Origin: Gammaproteobacteria bacterium
GTDB taxonomy: Bacteria > Pseudomonadota > Gammaproteobacteria > Arenicellales > CAJQKF01
Length of the DNA stretch: 64,000 nucleotides
NCBI GenBank assembly: GCA_030429665.1
Contig: JAUIEZ010000007.1
Location: 7,877-71,876 of the forward strand
Direction: 5' to 3'
In this document: one piece after another, positions 8,978 to 18,144 of the stretch
Layout: every line of letters starts with the position of its first letter
Numbering within the stretch: the stretch's first letter is position 1
Position numbers and translations under genes: made by a program
Notes under the pieces: generated by a model
Seen by the model: the letters and a program-made list of their open reading frames with translations, nothing else
Database searches by the model: none
What the model was told of the DNA's origin: nothing

Positions 8978-10078
8978 TTACCGGCGGCGCAATGACTCTC
9001 CCGAGGCCTCGTCGAAAAGCTGCATGGCATTGGGCGAGATCACTGCGCGGACGTTCTCGCCCACGGCGATGTCGCGGTCGGCACGCACCTGGACGACCAG
9101 GCGTTGGCCGCCGTCGAGCCGGATGTCCACCAGCTTCTCCGAGCCGAGGAGTTCGACCAGCACCACCTCTCCCGCCAGCGAGCCGGGCAGCGCCTCGGCG
9201 GCGAGCTCGACATCCTGGGGCCGTATGCCGAGCACCAGCTTCGCGTCGGCCGGACAGTCGCCGAGGCCGGGGAACGTTTCACCGGGCACGTCAAGCATCG
9301 CGCCACCGACCCGCAGCCGGCCGCCGCTGTCGCGGTCCAGCGAGGCGGGCAGGAAGTTCATCGGGGGACTGCCGATAAAGCCGGCGACGAACAGGTTGCA
9401 CGGTTCGTTGTAGATCTGCGCCGGCGTGCCGAACTGCTGGACCTTGCCGTCGTGCATGACGGCGATGAGGTCGGACATGGTCATCGCCTCGAGTTGGTCG
9501 TGGGTGACGTACACGGTCGTCGTTTGCAGACGCTGGTGAAACAGCTTGAGTTCCGAACGCATGTTCACGCGCAACTTGGCGTCGAGGTTGCTGAGCGGCT
9601 CGTCCATGAGGAACACGGCGGGGTTGCGCACCATGGCGCGCCCGAGAGCCACGCGCTGGCGCTGGCCGCCCGACAGGTGCCGCGGCTTGCGGTCGAGCAG
9701 GTGGGATATCTCGAGAATCTCGGCAACCTCGCGCACCTTCTTCTCCATCTCCTCCCGCGGCGTGCCCCGCACCCGCAGCGAATAGGCGATGTTTCGGAAC
9801 ACGTTCATGTTCGGGTAAAGCGCGTAGTTCTGGAACACCATGGCAACGTCCCGCTGGCCCGGCCGCACGAGGTTGATGCGCCGCTCGCCGAAATAGATGT
9901 CGCCGTGGCTGACGGTTTCCAGGCCGGCGATCATCCGAAGCAGCGTGGTCTTCCCGCAGCCGCTCGGCCCGAGCAGCGTGACGAAGTTCAGCGCGGGGAA
10001 CTTCAGGTCCACGTCCTTGACGACGTGATTCGATCCGAACAGCTTGTTGACTCGGGAAAGGACGACATCCAAGGCCAT
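8978..10078 (-). CDS. Carbohydrate (CUT1) ABC transporter ATP-binding protein, MalK/UgpC-like
   Basis: Walker A GPSGCGKTT, signature [14 protein letters not shown] and Walker B FLMDEPLSNLD are present. There is a C-terminal TOBE-like regulatory domain. Confidence 0.9.
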   Translation of the reverse strand: MALDVVLSRVNKLFGSNHVVKDVDLKFPALNFVTLLGPSGCGKTTLLRMIAGLETVSHGDIYFGERRINLVRPGQRDVAMVFQNYALYPNMNVFRNIAYSLRVRGTPREEMEKKVREVAEILEISHLLDRKPRHLSGGQRQRVALGRAMVRNPAVFLMDEPLSNLDAKLRVNMRSELKLFHQRLQTTTVYVTHDQLEAMTMSDLIAVMHDGKVQQFGTPAQIYNEPCNLFVAGFIGSPPMNFLPASLDRDSGGRLRVGGAMLDVPGETFPGLGDCPADAKLVLGIRPQDVELAAEALPGSLAGEVVLVELLGSEKLVDIRLDGGQRLVVQVRADRDIAVGENVRAVISPNAMQLFDEASGESLRRR

Positions 10079-10105
10079 CGATAGTTTCCTGGTAAGTGCG
10101 GTTTG

Positions 10106-11011
10106 TCAGCCTTTCACGCCCCCGGCGCCGAAGCCGGCGACGAGGTGGCGCTGGAAGAACATGAACAGGGCGGCGAGCGGCAGGGTCATGAGCACGGCCG
10201 ACGCCATCATCAGGCCCCAGTTGACGTGGACCCCCTCGAAGAAGTGCATGACACCGACGGTCAGCGTCAGGTTCTGCACCGAGTTGATGAAGATCCGCGC
10301 GAACAGGTAGTCGTTCCAGGCCACGATGACCGAAAAGATCACCGCCGCGATGATGCCCGGCAACGCGCTCGGCAGAACGATCTGGTAGAAGACCTGGAAC
10401 CGGCTGGCGCCGTCGATTAATCCGGCCTCCTCGATCTCCACCGGCAATCCGCGGAAGAACGCCCACAGGAGCCACGTACAAAACGGCATGGTTATCGAAA
10501 CGTAGCCGAATACCAGCGACCACAGGCTGTTGGCGATGCCGAGGTCGACGATTACCAGGAACAGCGGAAACACCAGCACGATCGGCGGCATCATGTAGCC
10601 GAGCAGACTGAGATAGGGAATCACCCGCCGGCCGTGATACCTGAAGCGCGTCAGGCTGTACGCGGCGAGGGTTGCGATCGCCACGCTGATGAACGCGGCA
10701 CCGAACGCGACCACCACGCTGTTGAAAAACCACGACAGGAAATGCTGCGTCGGCGAGGTGTCCGGCGTATAGTCGCTGCCGGACTCGAAGTACATCGGCT
10801 TGCCGTGAATCAACGCCGAGTAATGCTCGACGACCAGTTCCTTCGGCAGCCACGTGGGTGGGCTGGTGAAGATCTCGCCGGTCGGCTTGATCGAGGTCAG
10901 CAGCGCCCAGATCAGCGGAAAGCACACCACGAACGTGACGGCGCCGAGCACGACGTAGCGCACCGCGCGGCGAACTATTTCGCCCCAGTCTCTCTGTACG
11001 CGAATCGACAT
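10106..11011 (-). CDS. Carbohydrate ABC transporter permease (MalG/UgpE-like)
   Basis: The start is an internal ATG at 11011 (MSIRVQRDW..). The EAA loop EEAGLIDGASRFQVFYQIVLP is present, with multiple TM segments. Confidence 0.9.
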   Translation of the reverse strand: MSIRVQRDWGEIVRRAVRYVVLGAVTFVVCFPLIWALLTSIKPTGEIFTSPPTWLPKELVVEHYSALIHGKPMYFESGSDYTPDTSPTQHFLSWFFNSVVVAFGAAFISVAIATLAAYSLTRFRYHGRRVIPYLSLLGYMMPPIVLVFPLFLVIVDLGIANSLWSLVFGYVSITMPFCTWLLWAFFRGLPVEIEEAGLIDGASRFQVFYQIVLPSALPGIIAAVIFSVIVAWNDYLFARIFINSVQNLTLTVGVMHFFEGVHVNWGLMMASAVLMTLPLAALFMFFQRHLVAGFGAGGVKG

Positions 11012-11016
11012 GTTGC

Positions 11017-11973
11017 TCAATCCTCCTGGCCGAATCGCATGACGCGAAGGTACAGAATGCTGCCGGCCAGCAGCATCGCGGTCATCACGACGCCGGTGGC
11101 CGCGCCGACGCCGAGCTTGAGGTTGGCGATGGACTGCTCGAACGAGTAGATGGCGAGGTTGAACGTCGACGTGCCCGGTCCGCCCTTGGTCAGAAGATAG
11201 ATCTCCTCGAACTTGTTGAAGGTCCAGATAGTGCGAAAGACCACCACGACCATCAGCACCTCGGCCAGGTTGGGCAGTGTCACGTCCCGAAAGCGCCGCA
11301 GCGGACCGGCGCCATCCACGCGGGCGGCGTCGTACAGCTCGAGCGGAATGGTCTGCAGTTTGGCCAGCACGCAAATGACCACGAACGGCGTGTACTTCCA
11401 CACGCTGAGCGCGATCGTCGAGCCCATCGCCATGTTGGGCGTGGAGAACCAGTAGATGTTCTCGTCGATGATGCCGAGCGTCATCAGCACGTGGTTCAGG
11501 ACGCCGATCTCGGGGTTGAATATCCACGACCACATGAGCGCGATCACCGCGGTGGGCACGATGTAGGGAAACAGCAGCAGCCCCCGGAACACGTTGATGC
11601 CTCGCAGCGGGTAATGGAGCAGCAGCGCGAAGGCCACGCCCAGCAACGCCTGCAGCACGATCGACGACGTGGTCCAGATCGTCGCCTGGTAGAACGAATC
11701 CCAGAACAGCTCGTCGCCGAAGATGGCGCGGAAGTTGTCCAGGCCGATGAACTGCCACTGGTCCGGCCGCAGCGGATTGCGGTAGTAGAACGACATTCGC
11801 ACCACCTGGACCACCGGATACACCATGAACACCAGGCAGGCGACGAGGAACGGGAGAATGAACAGCACGCCGACATGGGTGTCATGCTGGCGTATCTCCG
11901 CCCACCACCGCCGCAGCGATCCCTCGTCAGGGTCGACGGCGCGGGGGCGGGAGGCTTGTCCGGTAGGTGCCAT
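11017..11973 (-). CDS. Carbohydrate ABC transporter permease (MalF/UgpA-like)
   Basis: The EAA loop YDAARVDGAGPLRRFRDVTLP is present with 6 TM segments. There is a 5-nt gap to the downstream permease gene. Confidence 0.9.
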   Translation of the reverse strand: MAPTGQASRPRAVDPDEGSLRRWWAEIRQHDTHVGVLFILPFLVACLVFMVYPVVQVVRMSFYYRNPLRPDQWQFIGLDNFRAIFGDELFWDSFYQATIWTTSSIVLQALLGVAFALLLHYPLRGINVFRGLLLFPYIVPTAVIALMWSWIFNPEIGVLNHVLMTLGIIDENIYWFSTPNMAMGSTIALSVWKYTPFVVICVLAKLQTIPLELYDAARVDGAGPLRRFRDVTLPNLAEVLMVVVVFRTIWTFNKFEEIYLLTKGGPGTSTFNLAIYSFEQSIANLKLGVGAATGVVMTAMLLAGSILYLRVMRFGQED

Positions 11974-12020
11974 CGGTCAATGCATCTGCAAGGTTTTCGT
12001 CGGCGCCGCGGCGCACGGGC

Positions 12021-12052
12021 CGCGAGGCGAAACGTCCGTGTTTCGTCTCGCG
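12021..12052 (-). other. Intercistronic stem-loop between the binding-protein and permease genes
   Basis: A 13-bp stem forms between cgcgaggcgaaac (12021-12033) and gtttcgtctcgcg (12040-12052), with one non-Watson-Crick position and loop gtccgt. It sits in the 93-nt gap inside the operon. Confidence 0.4.
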
Positions 12053-12066
12053 GAGCGCGGACCGGA

Positions 12067-13458
12067 TCAGAGAACCAGCCGCAAGTGCTCCTTGCGCACC
12101 ATCTCGAGCTGCCCGGCACCCCATTTCGCCGCGTCCGCCGGCTTCGTGCCGTCCAGGACGACCTTCTGAACCGTCTGTGCGAGGATCGACCGACCATGCA
12201 CGATACCGGCCAACGGATTGGCGCCGCCGCGCAGTTCATTGCCGGTGTTGCTCGAATGCGGCAGTGAATCGCGATAGTAGGTCAGTATGGTCCTTTCCTT
12301 GTCCTCGAAAAAGGCATGTTCCTTCAGGGTCGGATCCTCGACCACGTCCCTGTATACCGGCGAGACGTTCGGCACCAGCGAATGGCAGTAGCGGACCAGC
12401 CACTCGCGCTTCGTCTGGTAGTAGGCGAGCGCCGCCTTGATCTCGTCGACGTAGGGATTATTGGGCTCGGGAATGGACCAGCCCTGGAAGTCGTTCCAGT
12501 TGAAGCGGTTGCCGGTCGTCGGGTGGGCTGCATGGTTGAACGACTGGATCGCCTTGTAGATGTCCGGCGCCTCCTCGGCGGCGCGGCCGTAGACCCGGCC
12601 CCAGTAGAAAACCATGCCGACCTTGCCGGTGACCATGGCATCGACCACCTGCAGGAAGCTGTACTCGAGGGCGCCCTTGGGCATGTACGGCTGAAGGTCG
12701 CGAACGAACTCCAATGCCTCGACGGTCGCCGGGCTGTCGAAGGCCACCTCGAAGTTGTTCGACGCGTCAAACATGCGCCCGCCCGCCGAGTGCAGCAGCG
12801 CGGCGAAATGATAGTCCGTGCACAGGTTGCGCCCGAGCGCCAGGGCGATGCCGTCCAGATCGGTCTTCTCCTGGATGGTACGCGCCGCGTTCAGCATGTC
12901 GTCCCAGGTCCAGGTATCGGGATCGCCCAAGCCGAGCTCCTCGACGACGTCCATGCGCACCATCAGCAGGTGGGGTTGGTGATGGGCCGGCAGGACGAAC
13001 TGCTGGCCTTTCCACGCGCCCCAGTCGGAAAAACTGACGCCTTCGATCATCCGGTCGGCGCCGACCTTTTCGACCACGTCGTCGACCGGCGAAAGCAGTC
13101 CTTCGGCCATCAGCTGGTAGGCGATGGGCGATTCGACGCTGATCAGGTGGGGCGGCTGCTGGGCGGCGAGGTCCGTCATCAACTTGACGTACACGCTGTC
13201 CCATCCGACGGTCTCGATCTCGAACTTCAGGCCGGGCGCATTGGCGCTCGCCCACTCGTTCATGGCATCGACGGCAACGCCGGCGTAGGGTCCGGGCTCG
13301 CCCCAGACGCGAACGGTTCCCTGCTTGGTCGATTGCGCCCGAAGCGGCGCGCCGCCGTATCCGGCGGCAAGCATACCGCCGGTGATCGCGGTTCCCGTGG
13401 CCAGGAAATCCCGGCGCGTTACGCTGCCAAAGCGGTTCGATAGCTTGATTCGTGACAT
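12067..13458 (-). CDS. ABC transporter extracellular solute-binding protein (family 1, sugar-type) with twin-arginine signal
   Basis: The N-terminus SVTRRDFLATGTAITGGMLAAG is Tat-like. Length is 463 aa, and the gene sits upstream of the two permeases and the ATPase. GGAGGA lies upstream of the ATG. Confidence 0.9.
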   Translation of the reverse strand: MSRIKLSNRFGSVTRRDFLATGTAITGGMLAAGYGGAPLRAQSTKQGTVRVWGEPGPYAGVAVDAMNEWASANAPGLKFEIETVGWDSVYVKLMTDLAAQQPPHLISVESPIAYQLMAEGLLSPVDDVVEKVGADRMIEGVSFSDWGAWKGQQFVLPAHHQPHLLMVRMDVVEELGLGDPDTWTWDDMLNAARTIQEKTDLDGIALALGRNLCTDYHFAALLHSAGGRMFDASNNFEVAFDSPATVEALEFVRDLQPYMPKGALEYSFLQVVDAMVTGKVGMVFYWGRVYGRAAEEAPDIYKAIQSFNHAAHPTTGNRFNWNDFQGWSIPEPNNPYVDEIKAALAYYQTKREWLVRYCHSLVPNVSPVYRDVVEDPTLKEHAFFEDKERTILTYYRDSLPHSSNTGNELRGGANPLAGIVHGRSILAQTVQKVVLDGTKPADAAKWGAGQLEMVRKEHLRLVL

Positions 13459-13546
13459 AGCTGCTTTTCCTCCGTCGTGGTGAGTGGTCGTTTACCCGTC
13501 GCGCCCCGCGCCGTTGCGCGCGAAGCACGAGCCGGGTCAACCTTGA

Positions 13547-14866
13547 TCATCGTTCCAGTACCCGCCCCGGACCGCTCGGTTCGGCGGGCGGCAGGCTGGT
13601 CTGGCGCTCGGCCAGTTGCCGGCGCAGGCGCTGCGTGTGGGCCGCGACCGCGCCGATGCCCGGGTCCACGCGGGCCAGCCCTTCCGCGACGGCCTGGCGG
13701 GCCACGGCCTCGGCGACGTCCGCGTACAGCGTCGGCTCGAAAAGGCTCGGCAGAATCCGCTCCGGCCCGAGCACGTCGTCGGACACGGACGAGGCGATTG
13801 CGTGCGCGGCAGCGACGCACATGCCGACGCTGATGTCGCGGGCGCGGGTGTCGAGGGCGGCGCGAAACAACGCGGGAAACGCCAGCACGTTGTTGCAATG
13901 GTTGGGAAAGTCGAAGCGTCCGCTCGCGGTCAACACGGCGCCGGCATCTTTCGCGTCGCGCGGTGAAATCTCCGGGTCCGGATTGGCCAGGGCGAACACG
14001 ATGGGCGCCTTCGCCATGGTCCGAACCATGTCGGGCGTGACGATACCGGCCGTGGACAGCCCGATGAAGATATCGCGGCCGCGCATCGCCACGGCAAGCC
14101 CACCGCGAAGCCCCCCGGGATTGGTCCTGGCGGCGACGCGCGTCCAGTGCGGTTTCTCGTAATCGCGGCCGCGCTCCAGGATGCCGTCCCGTTCCACCAC
14201 CACGATGTCGTCGAAACCGAGCTCGCCAAGCATTCGTACGCAGGCCGTGCCGGCCGCGCCGCAACCGGCGATCACGACGCGCTGTTCGCTCGCCCGCCGC
14301 CCGGTCAGGCGCAAGGCGTTGATCAACCCGGCGGCGATGACCGTCGCGGTTCCGAACTGATCGTCGTGAAGCACCGGCACCTGCAGCTCGTGCCTGAGGC
14401 GCTCGACGACGTGAAAGCACTCGGGCGCGGCGACGTCCTCGAGATTGACGGCGCCGAAAGTCGGCTCCAGCGCGAGCACCAGTTCGACGAGCTTGTCGGG
14501 ATCGTCGGCCTTGACGCACAACGGCATGGCATCGATGCCCGCAAGCATCCGGAACATGGTCGCCTTGCCTTCCATCACCGGAAGAGCGGCGTATGGCCCG
14601 ACGTTTCCGTAGCCGAGCACCGCGGTGCCGTTGGAAACGACCGCGACGAGGTTGTCTTTCGCGGTTTGTTCGTGAATCGCCTCGGGATTGCGAACGAGCT
14701 CGCGAACCACGTGCCCGACACCGGGAGTATAGGCGACGGCGACATCGGCGAAGTCGCGCACGGTCGCCTTGGGCAGGATCTCTATCTTGCCGTGTCCCGC
14801 GTACACGTCTCGCGCGAATGCCAGCGCGGCCTCGGCGGTGACGGGACCTTGATTCGTGTCGGTCAC
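13547..14866 (-). CDS. Malic-enzyme family NAD(P)-dependent oxidative decarboxylase (short form, no PTA domain)
   Basis: Motifs AYTPGVG, VSNGTAVLGYGNVGP, PVMEGKATMF and the dinucleotide fold IAGCGAAGTA are present. Length is 439 aa. Confidence 0.85.
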   Translation of the reverse strand: MTDTNQGPVTAEAALAFARDVYAGHGKIEILPKATVRDFADVAVAYTPGVGHVVRELVRNPEAIHEQTAKDNLVAVVSNGTAVLGYGNVGPYAALPVMEGKATMFRMLAGIDAMPLCVKADDPDKLVELVLALEPTFGAVNLEDVAAPECFHVVERLRHELQVPVLHDDQFGTATVIAAGLINALRLTGRRASEQRVVIAGCGAAGTACVRMLGELGFDDIVVVERDGILERGRDYEKPHWTRVAARTNPGGLRGGLAVAMRGRDIFIGLSTAGIVTPDMVRTMAKAPIVFALANPDPEISPRDAKDAGAVLTASGRFDFPNHCNNVLAFPALFRAALDTRARDISVGMCVAAAHAIASSVSDDVLGPERILPSLFEPTLYADVAEAVARQAVAEGLARVDPGIGAVAAHTQRLRRQLAERQTSLPPAEPSGPGRVLER

Positions 14867-14875
14867 GCGTAGGCC

Positions 14876-16144
14876 CTAGTCCGTGTAGCGCTCGCTGCGC
14901 ACGTCCGCCGTGATCTTGTGTGCGAGCATGCCTTCGACCTGGCATTGACGCGCCATGATGGGCGCGATGCGCCGGCTCGCCGCGGCTGTCAGTCTCTGGT
15001 AGGTCACGGTCTTGATGAACTTGCCGACCCACAGGCCGCCGGTATAGCGACCGGCGCCGCCCGTCGGCAGCGTGTGGTTCGTGCCGACGCCCTTGTCGCC
15101 GTAGGCCACGGTGCTTTCCTCGCCGACGAACAGGCTGCCGTAGTTGCGCAGGTTCTCGAGATAGTAGTCGTTGGACGCCGTCATGATCTCGAGGTGCTCG
15201 GGCGCGTACTCGTCGCTTGCCTTCACCGCTTCCTCGTCGCTGTCGACCACGACCACTTCACCGAAGTCCGCCCACGAGCGGGACGCGATCTCCCGCGTCG
15301 GCAGGGTCTCGAGCTGGCGCTCGATCTCGGCGATCACCGCTTCGCCGAGTCGTTTCGATGTCGTCACCAGCCACGCCGGACTGTCGGGACCGTGTTCGGC
15401 CTGCCCGAGCAGGTCGGTGGCGACCAGTGCCGGATCGGCGCCGTCGTCGGCGATGACCAGGATCTCGGTGGGCCCGGCGGGCAGGTCGATGCCGACGGTG
15501 CCGAATAGCTGCCGCTTGGCTTCCGAGACGTAGGCATTGCCGGGCCCGGTCACCATGTCCGCGCGCGGCATGCCGACCAGGCCGTAGGCCATTGCGGCGA
15601 ATGCCTGTACGCCCCCCAGGCAGTAGATCTCGTCGGCGCCGGCGGCGTGCAGCCCGTACAGGGTCGGGGGATAGATTCCCTCCGGTCCTCGCGGCGGGGC
15701 GCAGCCGACGATGTGCCCGCAACCCGCCACGCGGGCGGTGCCGACCGACATCAACGCCGCGCTTACCAGAGGGTACTTGCCGCCGGGGATGTAGCAGCCG
15801 ACGTTCTTCACCGGTATGTGCTTCTGGCCGAGCGTGATGCCTTCGCCGAATTCTTCCTCGAACGCCTGCATGGACTCGAGCTGTCGTCGCGCGAAGGACT
15901 GGATCTGGTTCTTGCAGAACTCGAAGTCGTCCTTGAATGTCTGCGGCAGGGAAGCGACCGTGCGTTCGATTTGCTCGGCGGTCACGCGCACCGGCCCGGT
16001 CCACTTGTCGAGGTCGCGAGCGTAGCGCAGCACCGCCTCGTCGCCTTCGGACTCGATCTCGGCGAGCATGCGGCTGACGGTGTCCACCACGTCCTTGCGG
16101 CGCGTTTTCGACGAGCTGGGTGATTGCTTCAGGTACTTTCTCAT
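14876..16144 (-). CDS. Histidinol dehydrogenase (HisD) family dehydrogenase, non-his-operon paralogue
   Basis: HisD motifs are present (LLGQAEHGPDSPAWLVT, APEHLEI, GDKGVGTNHTLPTGG). The start is ATG 16144 (MRKYLKQ..), with an alternative ATG at 16177. There is a 9-nt gap to the malic-enzyme-like gene. Confidence 0.85.
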   Translation of the reverse strand: MRKYLKQSPSSSKTRRKDVVDTVSRMLAEIESEGDEAVLRYARDLDKWTGPVRVTAEQIERTVASLPQTFKDDFEFCKNQIQSFARRQLESMQAFEEEFGEGITLGQKHIPVKNVGCYIPGGKYPLVSAALMSVGTARVAGCGHIVGCAPPRGPEGIYPPTLYGLHAAGADEIYCLGGVQAFAAMAYGLVGMPRADMVTGPGNAYVSEAKRQLFGTVGIDLPAGPTEILVIADDGADPALVATDLLGQAEHGPDSPAWLVTTSKRLGEAVIAEIERQLETLPTREIASRSWADFGEVVVVDSDEEAVKASDEYAPEHLEIMTASNDYYLENLRNYGSLFVGEESTVAYGDKGVGTNHTLPTGGAGRYTGGLWVGKFIKTVTYQRLTAAASRRIAPIMARQCQVEGMLAHKITADVRSERYTD

Positions 16145-16193
16145 TGCGCGTCCCGGTAGATTTCGTCGTGAATTCATCGCAACCGCGAAAAAA

Positions 16194-16205
16194 GTAAACG
16201 TTTAC
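16194..16205. promoter_or_regulatory. Candidate LacI-family operator 1 (perfect palindrome gtaaacgtttac)
   Basis: This 12-bp perfect palindrome has a central CG, which is the classic LacI/GalR-type operator architecture. It lies in the divergent region between the HisD-like gene and the LacI-family gene. Confidence 0.55.
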
Positions 16206-16223
16206 ATTTTTTGCGCGACAAAA

Positions 16224-16237
16224 TGAAAACGTTTACA
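16224..16237. promoter_or_regulatory. Candidate LacI-family operator 2 (tgaaaacgtttaca)
   Basis: This 14-bp near-palindrome has one mismatch to tgtaaacgtttaca. Its centre lies 31 bp from the centre of operator 1. Confidence 0.5.
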
Positions 16238-16319
16238 TTGCGGATCTGGCATCCTATGCGAGAATTCGCCGGGCTGTCAACTCGTCGGCTCGCGCGGTCG
16301 ACCCAACGCCCCAAACCGA

Positions 16320-17420
16320 ATGGAGAACGCCCGATTGGCGAGCAAGAAACGATCCACCAGGAAAGAAGCCGGCCGGGCCTCGGGGCGCACGCAGGTGACG
16401 ATTCACGAGATCGCCAGGGAGGCAGGCGTATCGATCGCCACCGTTTCCCGCACCCTCAACGCGCCGGAGAAAGTCCGCCCGCAAACCCGCGAGCGGATTC
16501 TCGCCATCGTGCGCGACCGGCACTACGTCTCCGACGCCCTGGCGGTCAGCCTGGTGTCGCGGCGATCGGGTACCATCGGCGTCATCATTCCGACCATCAT
16601 CTATTCCATCTACGCCGGGTTCATTCATTCCATCCAGAAGGCATGCGGTGAGGCGGGCTATACCGTTCTGACCGGCATCACCGAGTACTCCGATACGCTC
16701 GAGGACGAGATCGTCACCCGCCTGCTGGAGCGGCGCGTCGACGGTCTCGTCCTGACCGGCGTGTCGCGCGGCGCGGGCATCTACCACAAGATCCGCAACC
16801 TCGGCGTGCCGTTCGTGACGACGTGGCACGTATCGAAGAATCCGGACATTCCGTCGGTCTCCTTCGACAACTACGCGGCCAGCATGGACGCCATGCAGCA
16901 CCTGTATTCCCTGGGCCATCGGCGCATCGCCCTCATCTGCGGCAAGTCCGACCGCAATGACCGCGCGTTCGAACGGCGGCGGGCCTATTGCGATTTTCTG
17001 CGCCGCAAGCGTATCGGCAGCAACGCGGAATTGATGGAGGAGCGCGACTTCGAGTTTTCCGAGGGCGAGGCGGCGATGAGAAAGATCCTGCGCGTCGAGC
17101 CGCGCCCCTCGGCCGTGTTCTGCGCCAACGACATTCTCGCCGTGGGCGCAATGCACGCCTGCCGCGACCTGGGCGTCGCGGTGCCGGCCGACATGTCGAT
17201 CATGGGCTTCGACGACCACCCCGTCACCGAGCACGTCACGCCGCCGCTGACCACCATCCGCGTACCTGCCGACTCGATGGGAAAGGAAGCGACGCGTTCA
17301 TTGCTGCGCGCCATCGACACGGGCAAGCCGCCGGCGTCGAAAGTGCTTCGCACCGATGTCGTGGTTCGCGACTCGACCGCGCCCACCGGGAAGCGGCGGA
17401 CGCGTCGAAAGGCGTCCTGA
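16320..17420 (+). CDS. LacI family transcriptional regulator
   Basis: The N-terminal HTH is VTIHEIAREAGVSIATVSRTLN. The remainder is a periplasmic-binding-fold effector domain. The gene is divergent from the transporter/dehydrogenase operon. Confidence 0.9.
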   Translation: MENARLASKKRSTRKEAGRASGRTQVTIHEIAREAGVSIATVSRTLNAPEKVRPQTRERILAIVRDRHYVSDALAVSLVSRRSGTIGVIIPTIIYSIYAGFIHSIQKACGEAGYTVLTGITEYSDTLEDEIVTRLLERRVDGLVLTGVSRGAGIYHKIRNLGVPFVTTWHVSKNPDIPSVSFDNYAASMDAMQHLYSLGHRRIALICGKSDRNDRAFERRRAYCDFLRRKRIGSNAELMEERDFEFSEGEAAMRKILRVEPRPSAVFCANDILAVGAMHACRDLGVAVPADMSIMGFDDHPVTEHVTPPLTTIRVPADSMGKEATRSLLRAIDTGKPPASKVLRTDVVVRDSTAPTGKRRTRRKAS

Positions 17421-17447
17421 GACGACAGCGCCCGGGCCAACACCCGG

Positions 17448-18047
17448 CTACGAATCGCGAGACTGAAACTTCGGTCGTAGATCGCTCGAGAACCTTGGGC
17501 GGTCGGGCTCGGCCTCGGTCAACGGCGTCGTTTCGACCATGCTTCGGACCGAGCGTCGAACGAGTTCCTGGTACTCACCGGTACCTCGCCGTTTCCACGC
17601 GACCTCGTTCTCGGACAGGGTGCGAACGACTTTCCCGGGGCTGCCCACCACCATGGAGCGCGGCGGGATCTCCACGCCGGCCTTGACGAAGGCGTTGGCG
17701 GCGACGATCGAACTCTCGCCGATGACCACGCCGTCCATCACCACCGCGTTCATGCCGACGAGGGCGTTTCTGCCCACGCGGCATCCGTGGAGCACGGCGC
17801 CGTGACCGACGTGCCCGTCGGTCTCCACGCGGGTCTCCTGGCTGGGGAAGCCGTGCATCACGCAGCAGTCCTGCAAATTGCTGCCCGCCTCGAGCACGAG
17901 CCGGCCGAAGTCGCCGCGCATCACCGCGCAGGGGGCGACGTAGCACCCGGGTCCGATGTGGGCGTCGCCGATGATCACGGCCGTCGGATGTACGTAGGCG
18001 TCCGGGTGGACGACCGGGCGGATGCCGTCGATCGCGTAGAAGGGCAT
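17448..18047 (-). CDS. paaY: Hexapeptide-repeat (gamma-carbonic-anhydrase-like) protein, PaaY-type
   Basis: It has left-handed beta-helix repeats and an N-terminus ([28 protein letters not shown]) typical of PaaY/CaiE. It is divergent from paaG. Confidence 0.75.
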   Translation of the reverse strand: MPFYAIDGIRPVVHPDAYVHPTAVIIGDAHIGPGCYVAPCAVMRGDFGRLVLEAGSNLQDCCVMHGFPSQETRVETDGHVGHGAVLHGCRVGRNALVGMNAVVMDGVVIGESSIVAANAFVKAGVEIPPRSMVVGSPGKVVRTLSENEVAWKRRGTGEYQELVRRSVRSMVETTPLTEAEPDRPRFSSDLRPKFQSRDS

Positions 18048-18144
18048 GGGTCATTCCGGGTAGGAGAAGTGGTAGCATGTTATCAAGCGCGCCGGGTGTT
18101 TTGTACGCATCCGTCTGCACGTACCGGCGCCGACGGACCGACCC

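Noticed and set aside
6364-9030. An 888-aa ORF on the minus strand. Similar very long track ORFs include 17575..19521(-), 19268..20806(-), 23013..24812(+), 25827..27572(-), 28158..29753(-), 37213..39192(-), 40291..42432 upstream part, 41073..42947(+), 52607..55348(-) and 55149..56180 (N-terminal part of the 990-aa ORF).
   Set aside because: These have extreme Arg/Gly/Ala/Pro composition and no recognisable motifs. They lie antisense to, or out of frame with, genes that carry unmistakable family signatures. They are typical shadow ORFs of roughly 70% GC DNA where stop codons are rare.
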